Part shown: one piece after another, positions 24,400-35,234 of the stretch
Numbering within the stretch: position 1 is the stretch's first letter
Layout of the letters: the number at the start of each line of letters is the position of its first letter
Assembly: GCF_018977255.1 (NCBI RefSeq)
Contig: NW_024704743.1
Span: 43,898,001-43,962,000 of the forward strand
Reading direction: 5' to 3'
Length of the DNA stretch: 64,000 nt
Source: Callorhinchus milii
Taxonomy: Eukaryota
Made by a program: the position numbers and the translations under genes
Notes under the pieces: generated by a model
The model's database searches: none
Seen by the model: only the letters and a program-made list of their open reading frames with translations
What the model was told of the DNA's origin: nothing

Positions 24400-24582
24400 A
24401 CAATAAGTAAAAATAGGTCATTCACTTCATGGTTGTTTGTGGGAATATTGTGTACAAATTGGCTGTTGCATTTGTCTACAAGCACACAATCACTACACTT
24501 TACAGAAAACTCTGTGATGTTGTGATGCTTTGAGATGTTGCAACAAGACTAGACACGATATCAAATACATGGATTATTATAT
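24400..24582 (+). mobile_element. Old DeuSINE-type 3' half
   Basis: gtttgtgggaa..aaattggctgttgc..ggattatta. Confidence 0.7.
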
Positions 24583-24584
24583 CA

Positions 24585-24950
24585 AGATAGGGCTCTTCAG
24601 CCTTGAAAAGAGATAAATCAGAGTGAACCGTATGAGGTGTATAAAATACTTAATAAAATTGAGAAAGTGAACCCAGACAAGATACTTAGATATGTGAAGG
24701 CAACAAAATAAAAAGACACATGTTCAATAATGTGATGGGCAATTTCAGGACACTAGGAAGTATTCCATTACACAGAGGACAACTAATGATTGGAATGGGT
24801 ACCAGAAAGAGTGATTGAGGCTAGAGCTGTGGAGTCATTTAAAGAAACAACCTGATGATATAAACAGGATGAAAATAGAGTAGGTATTCTGATAGGATGG
24901 GATCAACTGGTTCGAAGAGCCTCCTTCAACCAAATCAGTCTTGTAATTTA
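24585..24950 (+). mobile_element. Degenerate CR1 3' end
   Basis: gggctcttcagccttgaaaagag..gaggtgtataaaat..tggaatgg; related to 42815-43165. Confidence 0.65.
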
Positions 24951-25264
24951 CTGGAACATGTGTAAATGCAGAAATTCTACACCTTTTGATGAATAATCTT
25001 CTGCAACATGGTGGTTTCCTCTATTAGCAGAAAAAGCAGCATTTATGGTTTCTAGGTTCCCTAATGGCATTACACAACCTGAGGCAGAGTATTATATATT
25101 CATAAGCAATCATAAATCATGTCCTACAATGTGAAATAAATGTATATGCTAATTCAGTTTATTGTGGAGAGCTTGCAAAATGCAAATAGTATCAAATGTT
25201 CATTAAAAAAAAGTTCATTACAAAGTCATGACTGTGACAGTACAATGATTTGTGTGTCAAATGC

Positions 25265-25525
25265 GTCCGCTCCCCCTGCTCAGCAGGCTCCAGCCCACTC
25301 CATGTTCCGCGCCCAACCAGCACCACCATCGAGGGTCGGGCCTTCAGCCTCTCTGTCTCCATCCTTTGAAACTCTATCCACAATCCCTTCGCTCCCTCCC
25401 TTGCCTCCTTCAAGGCATGTCTCACAGGGAGATCCTCGTATCTGCCATCCATCTAATGAGAATTCAAACCTCCGCTTGGCAGATGTCAAATGATCATCAA
25501 GTGACTGTCCTTCTGGAGGTGGGGG
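25265..25525 (+). mobile_element. L2 3' fragment (25265-25417) abutting a family X 5' fragment (25420-25525)
   Basis: ggtcgggccttcagcc..ttgcctccttcaagg; then ctcacagggagatcct..cagatgtcaaatga, shared with 26668-26755. Confidence 0.7.
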
Positions 25526-25799
25526 TCGATGTTAGGAGTTCAGTTTTGGCTAGACGTCGAGCAAATAGATGGCAGTAGTGTCCTGCACCTTGCATTTCTA
25601 TCATGGGTCACTCACTACAGGGTGAAGCCGATTTTCCACTCGCACTGCTTCCTCGATCCCAGCACTCCCCGCGCCACACACACACGACCGGAGCCACTCC
25701 ACCCATAGTAGTAAAGTTGAGCAAACAGCGTAAGAGGCCCAGCGCCTAGCACAGTGTGTGTACAAGTTTGTACTGAGGTCCAGCACACTATGTGTACAG

Positions 25800-26017
25800 G
25801 TTTGTAGTGGAGGAGGGTGTTTGTAGTGGTTGGGGGTGTTTGTAGCGGAGGAGGGCTTTGGAGCGGTTGGGGGTGTTTGTAACGGTTGGGGGTGTTTGTA
25901 GCAGTTGGGGGTGTTTGTAGCATTTGGGGGTGTTTGTAGCAGTTGGGGGCATTGGTAGCGAAGGAGCACTTTGGAACAGTTGGGGGTATTTTTAGCGTTT
26001 GGAGGTGATTGTAGCGG
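25800..26017 (+). repeat. G-rich minisatellite, about 20-bp unit GTGTTTGTAGCRGTTGGGGG, about 11 units
   Basis: Tandem units directly visible. Confidence 0.9.
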
Positions 26018-26620
26018 ATTATCCGTTAAATGTGTGGCCGCACTTGGCCCAGCTTATTATGTCATTGAGACATCTCAAAGCATTTCCCAGAATATACCGT
26101 AAAGTGGATTGACTGTATATTTTGTGAAAATAATACAACTGAGCATTGATGCAGTTACCCTGTTGCCAGGCTGGCAAAAAAAGTTTTTTTTAAAAAAAGA
26201 GAGTTAGACTTAATTCTGTTAAGACTTAAGTTTTTTTTGCTTAACTTAAAGGGAAAACGTTTCACTTGCTGAACCACTAAATAAATATTTACTGGGCTCT
26301 GGGCTGAATCCTTCAACTACGGAACACTCATGAAATAAAAATCAATTTAAAATATTACAATAAATCTTCCAGGAGTACATCAAGAGCTAATTACGCCACC
26401 TTCAAAGTATTTTCAGCATTTGCTTCTTGCTCAAGCTGAGATTTAAAACCCATCCATTATTTAAGGATTTTACATTATCAAAGTTATGCTTGTTATAATT
26501 CTATCACATCAGTTAAACCTGCCGATCTGCAACAAAATAAGCAGCTGCTCAAACTCCACACCTCCAACAGGTCAAACCATCGCTCAATGTGTGTCCGAGG
26601 TATGGACAGGAGGATGGTGG

Positions 26621-27080
26621 CAATACTCTCACGCATTTCATTCTAAACTGTGCTGCTCACCAGTAAGCTCACAGGGAGATCCTAGTATTTGCCATCCACC
26701 TAATCAGAATTCAAACCAGCACTTGCCAGATGTCAAATGACCATCTAGTGACTATGCTTCGGGGTGGTGGGGGAGGAGTTAGCAGAGTCTACTGGAGCTG
26801 AATTGCTTGGCAACGGAATGTGAGAATCGCTAGCATGTCCACCCTCGATGGTGGTCCCACTAATCCAGTTCCTGAGCCAGCCTGGTCCACAGTACTCCAG
26901 GGCACCGTTGATGACAGCCCAACCAGCCCGACTAGTAGGTTGGATCTTGAGGGGCAGACTGGGGCAGGAATTCTTCCCACTCAGCTACTGTTAACCCTGC
27001 AAGTCAAAACCCCTAATTGCTAGGGTCTTCCTAACTCAACAAGCAGTGGGAAAACTTTGCCAGACAGTGCTGACCAAAAA
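26621..27080 (+). mobile_element. Family X, 5'-complete with internal deletion
   Basis: Starts caatactctcac; jumps from ccagacagt directly to terminal gctgaccaaaaa. Confidence 0.72.
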
Positions 27081-27094
27081 CAAATCTGCACACC

Positions 27095-27860
27095 ATCCAG
27101 AACTCTGCAGCCTGTGTCCTTTCCATCACCAGGCTCCACAAGCTCACCATCCCCATTGGCTCCCTATCCCACACTGTGAAATCCTGCCATGTTCTTGCCC
27201 TACCCCATCTCTATGACCTTCTATGATCCTACTGACCCATCCACTCCCTCCACTCAGCAAACACTGACCTGCTTCAAGTCCCCTGCCCATCCCAACCCAT
27301 TAACAGTAGCTTTCAAACGTTCTGCACCATTCTCTAAAACTCAATTTTGAAGTCCCTCCCCCTTGGCCCTTCCTACCTCGTCTTGAAAATCCTAACCCTA
27401 AGTCCAGCTCCAGCCTCCCCCATTCTCTCAGAGACAACAACGACAATGACAAAAAATTGCATTTATATAGCGCTTTTCATGTCAGAGATTTGGATGCCAG
27501 CTGGGGGTTGGAGGGCAGAGAGGGTGGGGTTAGGAGAGTGACTGAAGGTATGGTCAAAAAGGAGTGTCTTGAGATGGACCTTGAAGGAGGCAAGGGAGGG
27601 AGTGAGGCGTAGGAACTGTAGCATGAAGTTTCAAACAGTGGAGGCAGAGAGGCTGAAGGCTCGAATGCGAATGGTGGAGCCTCCGCAGCTCCCTCCTCCT
27701 CCTCCTCCTCATCAGCTTTTCCCCACCCTCTCCTCCTCAGCTCCCCCAGTTCCCCACTTTCCTCCCCAACTCAGGCTCCCAACCAGCTGTGTGAAGTGCT
27801 ATTAGATGTCCTCCCAATGTGGCCAGTGTTATATATATGAGTGTAAGCTGTAATTGTAGT
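27095..27860. mobile_element. Cluster of L2 3' fragments (27095-27420 plus, 27435-27680 minus, 27700-27860 plus)
   Basis: ccagaactctgcagcc, cattggctccc; ttgcatttatatagcgc; ccttgaaggaggcaaggg. Confidence 0.7.
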
Positions 27861-28179
27861 GCAATGCCCAGGACCTGCTCAGTTACTGAGTAGACAGGCA
27901 ATAAGTTTATACAGAGCACAGAGGAGGCAGAAGCAACTGGTGGAGAACCCATCGTGGAAATTAAACTGAGACTCACATAAAAATAATGATCCTCCTTACA
28001 AAAATTCTGCAGGTTGGTGACATTGGTTTCACCCTAAATTCTACATCTAATGCACTTTGGTCTGACACAGAAGGAGCATATAAAGTGGAGACATTTAGGG
28101 CTAAATTAGTCCTTCAATTGCAAAATAAGCACTCATTTACCGGCATGTACTCAGTTAGCGCTACAGGGCATATATTAAG

Positions 28180-28830
28180 GGGCATAAGGCAGCAGAGGTG
28201 AAATTAAGAATTAATAAACATATGTGTTATGATTGATTTCTTTAGAAAAGGTGGTTATTTACGACAATCACATGATGGACAATTTACCTGCTGCTCTCAT
28301 ATGTATTAGAGAATAATCCTCTTGGGCTGATGGGCAGCATGTTAGAGACCTTTCAGCGCTGATCAGTTCAGATCAGGGTTGGCAACATAATTGCCCCCAA
28401 TTAACAATCAGTGAGTCACTCTTCTGTAAATGGCTCGTGCTGTCTGAAGGAGTGACCTGTTTGTTCATTTTGCCACTTACAGGGCATCAAGTGCCAAACT
28501 CAAGGGGGAACTTTATGGATGGTGTCATCAACCGGGCACATGTTGCCTTCCATGCTGCAGTGCTTGCACTGATAAGTGGCTGTACACAACTCTCAAGGAT
28601 GCTACTCAATAAATTTCAAGAACTGTAATGTCAAATGAAAGCTGTTTTTATACAGCAGCCAGAAAAAGGCACCTGCGCCCATTTAACTGACTAAACTCAA
28701 CAATATACAATGAGATTGCTAATGACCCTGATTGGCTTCCAAATAAACTTATGTAATTTTACTTTATTACTTATCACTTCATAAAAGTTAATAAAGCTTG
28801 TGAAATGAATGTGATGCAATTGTATCAACA
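28180..28830. promoter_or_regulatory. Candidate conserved non-coding element / enhancer
   Basis: Repeat-free block with TGATTGAT (28230), TTTACGAC (28258), AACAAT (28403), TGAGTCA (28412), CTGATTGG (28728); conservation not tested. Confidence 0.35.
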
Positions 28831-29229
28831 CACAGTTAAGGGTAATGTACAAGAAGGATGAGCTTCAGCCCATTGATCTTTTCTCATCCATGACTTTTCT
28901 CAATTGCTGACAGAGATTTTCTTCCAAACAGGCAGTGTATGCAGCAGTGGGACACATTTTATTCACAAGACAGACAGCAGGCAACACAAAATCCATTTCC
29001 CCACGAAAACAACAACTGAATACAGGTACACATAGTCTAGGCCAGAGTGGTGCATCTGACCCTCCACCACCCCCCCACTTCCATTCATCTGGCCCACCCA
29101 CTCCCTACATAACCCATAAATGTTATGTTATGTTTCTGGAAGGGAAACACAACAATATTACTTATGCGACCCACGGACGTTTCTCAAATAGGGCATCCGG
29201 CCCTCAGCAGCCAAAAGGGTGCACAACCC

Positions 29230-29830
29230 TGGTCTAGAATGACACTCCAATGCAGTGGTGGGAGTGTGCTATATTGTCTGAGGTGCCATCCTTCGGATGA
29301 GATATTAAATCGAGGTCCTGTCCGCCTGGACATTAATAATCCTATGGCACCACTTAATAAGAAAAGGGAGTTTTCGGTGTCCTGCCCATCAATCCGCCAA
29401 ATAAAAAAATGCTCATTCAGTTCATGGCTGTTGGTAGGACAGTGCTGTGTGCAACAATGTGGAGTCCTGTAGCTCAGTGGTTAGAGCACTCGCCTTGCAA
29501 GCGAGACACCTGGGCTCAATTCCAGACAGGGCGAAACCTTGGGCAAGTTTCCTTACTCCACACGCCTAATAATAATCCAATCCACAACTGTTTGTGGGAC
29601 ACTGCTGTGCGCAATTCGCTGCTGTGTTTCACCCACAAATATACAGTCAATTCACTTTACTTTGATTCACTTCTGTGAAGCTCTTTGAGACGTCTAGAGG
29701 ACGTGAAAAGCGCTATATCAAATGCAAGGATTAACACAATCACTACACCATAGAGTAAATCCTGTGAAAGGATTTGAGATAGCCTCTCTACATAAAGGAC
29801 ACAATATCAAATACAAGAATTATTGTTATA
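29230..29830 (+). mobile_element. Old DeuSINE-type SINE containing a young SINE at 29461-29732
   Basis: Deu core gaggtgccatccttcggatgag; GGAGTCC head at 29461; old tail resumes at 29733. Confidence 0.85.
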
Positions 29831-30965
29831 ATACAATATCGTTGGTGCAGGTGTAATAACAAGCTATATCCAGAGGGGCAGTTCAAGGTCTATGGTCTCA
29901 TGGATCTGATCTTTGAATGTGTATTACAGAAAGATCTAAGGAAAATTCCATTGTGATCCATAGATTTATCATCATTCTGTAAGTGCCCCAAATGCTGTAA
30001 ATTGAGCCAACAATGATTGATTCTGTATGGAATGATTGAGAATTATGATGTGGATGTTAAAAGGTCCTATGGTACAACTTGAAAAAAAAAGGGAGTTTCG
30101 GCCATATATCATCTGATACATCATTAAAAAAATCCACTCTGCTAACTTATCCACTGGTTGGTGGTGTGACCCAACCACCTTTCCCGACTATGACATTTGT
30201 TGAGCATGAAGTGACTATTGGACTTGCTGCCAATTAGAGTACTGCTCAGCAAGGCTTAACTCAACAAATCACCATTAACATGAGATTAACGTCAACAACA
30301 ACTTGCATTTATATAGCGCCCTTCGTGCCAGACAGTGTGAAGCAGAGCTCCAGAAGATTTTCCGCAGACCCATCAGGGCACCTGTATGATATTCTACATG
30401 GGAAAAAGTGCTGGAGACTGCTGGAGCCCTGGAATTATATTCAAAATATGAGTTAATGCACTCAGCAGTGCAGGGGAGAAAGCTGAGAGAAACACACAGC
30501 ACGATTGGCAATGTGTGTGTTTCCTGTAACACTCACTTTAACAATGTGAAATATACGCCTAATTGCATTTCTTCTCTTGACATTCCAATTTATTCTCCTA
30601 ATGGTTACAGATATAAAAATAAGCCAATAGCAAACTCATAGCAACAGAATGCTCTGACTTCATCACAAAAGTTAAATCTTAGCACCATTGGTGCTGAATC
30701 CAGCGATTGATGTACCGTGACAGATGGGGCCGCACTAGTCAACTCCTTCAGTCGGTTTGTTTAGCTCCCCAGTGCAGTGAAGTCAGAGTCTATAATGGTT
30801 GTGTGTTCATATTTCTATCTTGTGTTATTGTTCCTTTGGCTTTACGGAGCCATTGTCCCAGCTCAAACAGCAGGGAGAAATGCAATAAAGGTGCAGATGT
30901 TTTGGGTCTTGTGAGGTTAAACTGCACCAACCTTAAATGTCCTCAATTAAGTGACAACATTCACA

Positions 30966-31205
30966 TATGAACGCAGAAGTCGTTGGGAACACACAGTAGG
31001 TCAGGTAGCATCCATGGAGAGAGGAAAATGAGTTAATGTTTCAGGTCAATGACCTTTCATCAGAACTGGTTCTGATAAAAGGTAGTTAACCTGAAATGTT
31101 AACTCATTTTCCTCTCTCCATGGATACTGCCTGACCTGCGGTGTGTTCCCAGCGACTTCTGTGTTTATACCAGGTTACCAGCATCTGCAGTACTTTGCTT
31201 TTTGA
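30966..31205. mobile_element. Palindromic Penelope-like terminal-repeat pair with two hammerhead motifs
   Basis: Ungapped inverted repeat 30966-31169 centred at 31067/31068; direct repeat attcacat at 30959-30966 and 31210-31217. Confidence 0.8.
31030..31067 (-). ncRNA. Minimal type I hammerhead ribozyme motif, probably decayed
   Basis: AGTT-CTGATGA-A-AGGTC-att-GACCT-GAAA-CATT-AACT: core, stem II and stem I present; stem III CG changed to CA. Confidence 0.6.
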
Positions 31206-32416
31206 AAATATTCACATGTTTGGCAAGTCAGTAAGAATGTGAATGTGACACAATATTTCAAAACAGACTGATTTGAATGGATTCAAACTAACAGAAAGAC
31301 TCTGCCTTTTATTTTTGTTGTGTCCTGTAAATTCCCCATTGGTGATCTGGATGACACTAACAATCACTTCAGTGAATGGACATCAGTGGATCCAGTCATC
31401 TTTATGTGGTGCAGAGGACCAACATTGTATTAAAGGTCTTTCAAGAAGCTAATATTGTTGTTTATTTATTAACGCATGCCTGACACTGCAGTTCTCATTT
31501 CAATTCTCAGATGGAATAGAATTGAGATCAGATTTAAATTAATAAAATCGCCTTTTGCTACATAATCATTTAATCATTTTTCTATTGAAAATACTATAAA
31601 TATAACCCTTGCCCATGACTGACATTAAAGTACTTTGATGTTTCTTTTCTGTAACATGATATGCTTTTCGAATAAAAGTAAAGATTCTTCAGCCTACTCC
31701 CTGGTGACAGCACTATTTGGTTTATAATACAATTTAGCTCTAAATGGTACATTGACCTTGAAAACAAATTCATAAATGATTGATTTCTATTCCTCTATTC
31801 AGCAACATTTGTGCTGAAAACAGCAAATGTTATGTATACTTCTTTTTATGACATTCTGTAATAGATGCAATGTCTTTTATCATCCTGTATTTCCTTAAAG
31901 GATATATAATGTGCACGATTTTATATTATTTTCTTGCAATTTTGCACCACTGATATCCAAGGGCTGTAAATGAGAATGGCATCATTGACGATATTGGATT
32001 TTCCAATTATGATCAAAGTTGATACATGCAACAACAGGAATCTAATCCCTCAAATATTTATCATTTTTCATTTATGGATAACCTCGTCATCTACCTTCAT
32101 CTCAGTCTAATGCAAAATATTTTAAAATGAGCAGAGACTTCACCTATTATAGGAATTAACAGATGGAGATAATTTACAGACAGCTGTGGAATCCTTTGCA
32201 GGATTTTGACATTTACCTGCACTTTGCTCATGCTAAACCTGGTCTAGAAACTGACTCTGGATCACAACACATTTCTGCAATTTATTTCTCATAATTTGTT
32301 GCTCTGAATTTACATGAATATATATATATACATTATATATAAACAATCTGGGAGACTAGGGTATTAACTCAAAACAATGTGAGTTAATAATGAAAACAAT
32401 ATTCCTTGCATGTGAT

Positions 32417-32970
32417 TTCTTTGGTCAGCTATGTGTCTGACACATGTGGAAACACATCACCATGCTTAAGAGTTCCACATAAATATGCCACCTATACATG
32501 AAAATGTTCTTGTGTCTAGAAAGAATGTGCGTTTTCTCACTGGACAAATGCACCCTGCTTACCTAATTACAGAGAATATTAGGCACAATTCACAAAAGCC
32601 AAAGCTTGGGGGACCCAGAATGTGCGTTGGGTCTTACTGCAGTTTAAACTCCTTCCTTGAACCATTGAGAGGACCGTCTGGCAAACTTTCTGCTGCTTAT
32701 ACAGCTAGGACCACCCTACCCATAAGGGCTTTGGCTTACAGGGTTAACAGGAGCTGAATGGGAAGACACCCGGTCCCCTGTTGATGCACCAGGCTGGCTA
32801 TCAGCAGCAGTGTCCTGGAGGACTATGGACCCACCTCAGGAACCTGTCTCAGGAACCAGAGTACCACAGAGAACTGATTCAAATCTGATAAATCCCTTGA
32901 CAAGTACAACATCCTGGAGCCAACTTAGCTCTGAGGAGACGCTGCTTACCCCCCCTCCAAGGAGGATGCA
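32417..32970 (-). mobile_element. Family X retroelement
   Basis: tttggtcagc end; candidate TSD ttgcatgtgat (32406-32416) / ttgtatttgat (32971-32981). Confidence 0.78.
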
Positions 32971-33500
32971 TTGTATTTGATATAGCATCTTATTACATCA
33001 TCAAAATGTTTATTACATTATCACCTATCATCACCATCATCAATATGTGATTCCTTATATAAAATGTTATGACCCATGAAAGTGCTTCACAGGATTTACT
33101 GTAAATAATAATAATAATCTTTGCATTTGATATAGCCCTTTTCACGTCTTCTAGACTTCTCAAAGCGCTTCACAGAATATGCTGTAAAGTGAATTGACCG
33201 TATATTTGTGGGCAAAATGCGGCAGCCAATTGCGCACAGAAGTGTCCCACAAACAGTCGTGGATTGAAAATGACCAATTTATTATTGTTTTGGTTTAGGA
33301 GGGATTATTACTAGGCATGTGGAGTAAGGAAACTTGCCCAAGGTTTCGCCTTTGTAAAAGTGTGTATTTGTAAGAAAATGTGGCACCCAATTTGCACACA
33401 GCAATGTCCCACAAACAGACATGAAGTGAATGAATGACCAATTTTACCTGGGGGATTGATGGCCAAGACACTGGGAGAAAATCCCTTTATCACCTTACAA
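32971..33500 (-). mobile_element. Old DeuSINE-type 3' half with a nested 5'-truncated young SINE (33106-33350)
   Basis: tgtaaa repeated on both sides of the young copy; old element resumes gtgtgtatttgta..caatttgcacacagca. Confidence 0.82.
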
Positions 33501-33575
33501 TAAAAAGGTGAATGTTGAATAAAAGGGAGTAGTCACACAACAAATTTCTTCCACAGATAGTACTTTTTTATTGGT

Positions 33576-33593
33576 GGGGGGGGGGGGGGGGGG
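33576..33593 (+). repeat. Poly-G tract (18 nt)
   Basis: Directly visible. Confidence 0.9.
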
Positions 33594-33984
33594 AGAAAGG
33601 AAATACATAATTTTGAAAGCCTCAGTTTAATTGGTTAGTTAACATTCTGTACTATAAACTCCTATCATAAAGAATTTTATTTGATTCCTTATATAAAATG
33701 TTATGACCCATAAAAGGCAGCCATTAAGCCTATGATCACTATTGTTTAGCATATGACATTTCAGAAAATCACACCTCCACTATCTACTAAACACTGATAT
33801 TTCTGTTCAAGTAGCAATGCACAAGCTACAAAGTCTCTAGGATTCAACAATAGCTTCAGGTTCTTAGTAATAAAATTCCATTCTCCATCTGTTTCGTTTT
33901 CCAATAACAAAGATTATCAGTCACTTCTTGTAAGACTTAACCATTATCGTCTTCAATTTATTTAATGTATGTGCTCGCACACAA

Positions 33985-34422
33985 TAATAGTAATCTTTGC
34001 ATTTGATATAGCGCCATTGACACCATGAGTATGTCACAAAGTGCTTCACAGGATTTACTTTAACGTGTAGTAACTATGCATTTTGTAAATTAACATGGCA
34101 AACAAGATGGGCACAGCAACGTTCCCTGACAACCATGACTGATTTTATGTGAGGGACTGTTGGCCAGGACACTCGGAAAAACTTTGAAAAGTTCCATGAG
34201 ATCTTTAACATCCACCTGACCAAGCAGATGGGATCTCGGTTTTACCTTTCATCTGACGGCCAGCACCTTCAAAAATGCAGCACAGCACCCGGGACTACAC
34301 TAGAGTGTCAGCCTGGACACTGAAATATCCCCATGCTTGCGATATCATGTTAGGACCCAAAGTCACAACATGGGGTTTCAATCCGCAACCTCTGACTCAG
34401 AGGCTCACCAACTGAACCAAGT
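33985..34422 (-). mobile_element. Old DeuSINE-type SINE, near full length
   Basis: ccatgagatctttaacatccacctga; ctctgactcagagg..ccaactgaaccaag head. Confidence 0.82.
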
Positions 34423-34489
34423 TTAAGATTAGCTAATATGTTATTAGGCAAAGTTTCAAGATGAAGGAATGTAAAAAAAAATGTCAGTA

Positions 34490-34690
34490 GTCATAGAATC
34501 ATAGAATTATACAACACAGAAGGAGGTCATTCAGCCTATCGTGCCTGTGCTGACTCAAATTCAAATTCAAAGCTGTTCAAATCAATCCCACTCCCCGCTC
34601 TCTTCCCATAGCCCTGCAAACTTGTCCTCCCCAACAGCTTTAAATGTAAATTTTGGAACATTTTCTGGAAGGACAATATTGCTTCAGGTA
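34490..34690 (-). mobile_element. CR1 3' end
   Basis: catagaatcatagaa..cagaaggaggtcattcagcc. Confidence 0.75.
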
Positions 34691-34759
34691 CTTTCATCAA
34701 TCCAAAATTCCATCTAATCTTATTTTCGAAGCAGGTCTTTTTAAGAACTGTGGAAAACA

Positions 34760-35066
34760 ATCCTGTAGCTGTTCTGTAGTGGTTAGAGCACTTGCCTAGC
34801 AACCTGGGTTCGATTCCAGGCAAAGCAAAACCTTGGGCAAGTTTCCTTACTCCACACGCCTGATAATAATGCCTCAAGAAGAAAAGAATAATAAAAAATT
34901 GGTCACGCAATCCACAACTGTTTGTGGGACACTGCTGTGCGCAATTGTCTGCTGCATTTCACCCACAATATACAGTCAATTCACTTTACAGTATATTCTG
35001 TGAAGTGCTTTGAGACGGCGAGAAGACATGAAAAGTGCTATATCAAATGCAAGGAATATTATTATT
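34760..35066 (+). mobile_element. tRNA-head SINE
   Basis: Matches 46394 with moderate divergence. Confidence 0.88.
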
Positions 35067-35234
35067 GTTAAAACAGTTTTCAAATTGAGACTGAATTTAA
35101 GAATTTTCCAGAGTGCTGCACAATCATAAATTTTAAGACAAAATGGCCTTAGAAACAAAGACGAGGTGGAGTTTTAGGCTATTGATCAAAGATGTGTTAT
35201 TGGTTTTAGACCTATCCACACAGTTTATATGTAA

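Noticed and set aside
25601..25969. Pro/Thr-rich repetitive ORFs
   Set aside because: Translations of the 20-bp minisatellite, whose unit is not a multiple of three
25800..26017. CRISPR-like array
   Set aside because: Contiguous tandem units with no unique spacers, in eukaryotic DNA
26486..26740. Shared peptide QYSH.F.S.LC / SQGDP.ICHP..DVK in three ORFs
   Set aside because: Arises from family X DNA homology; frames and stops are not conserved among copies
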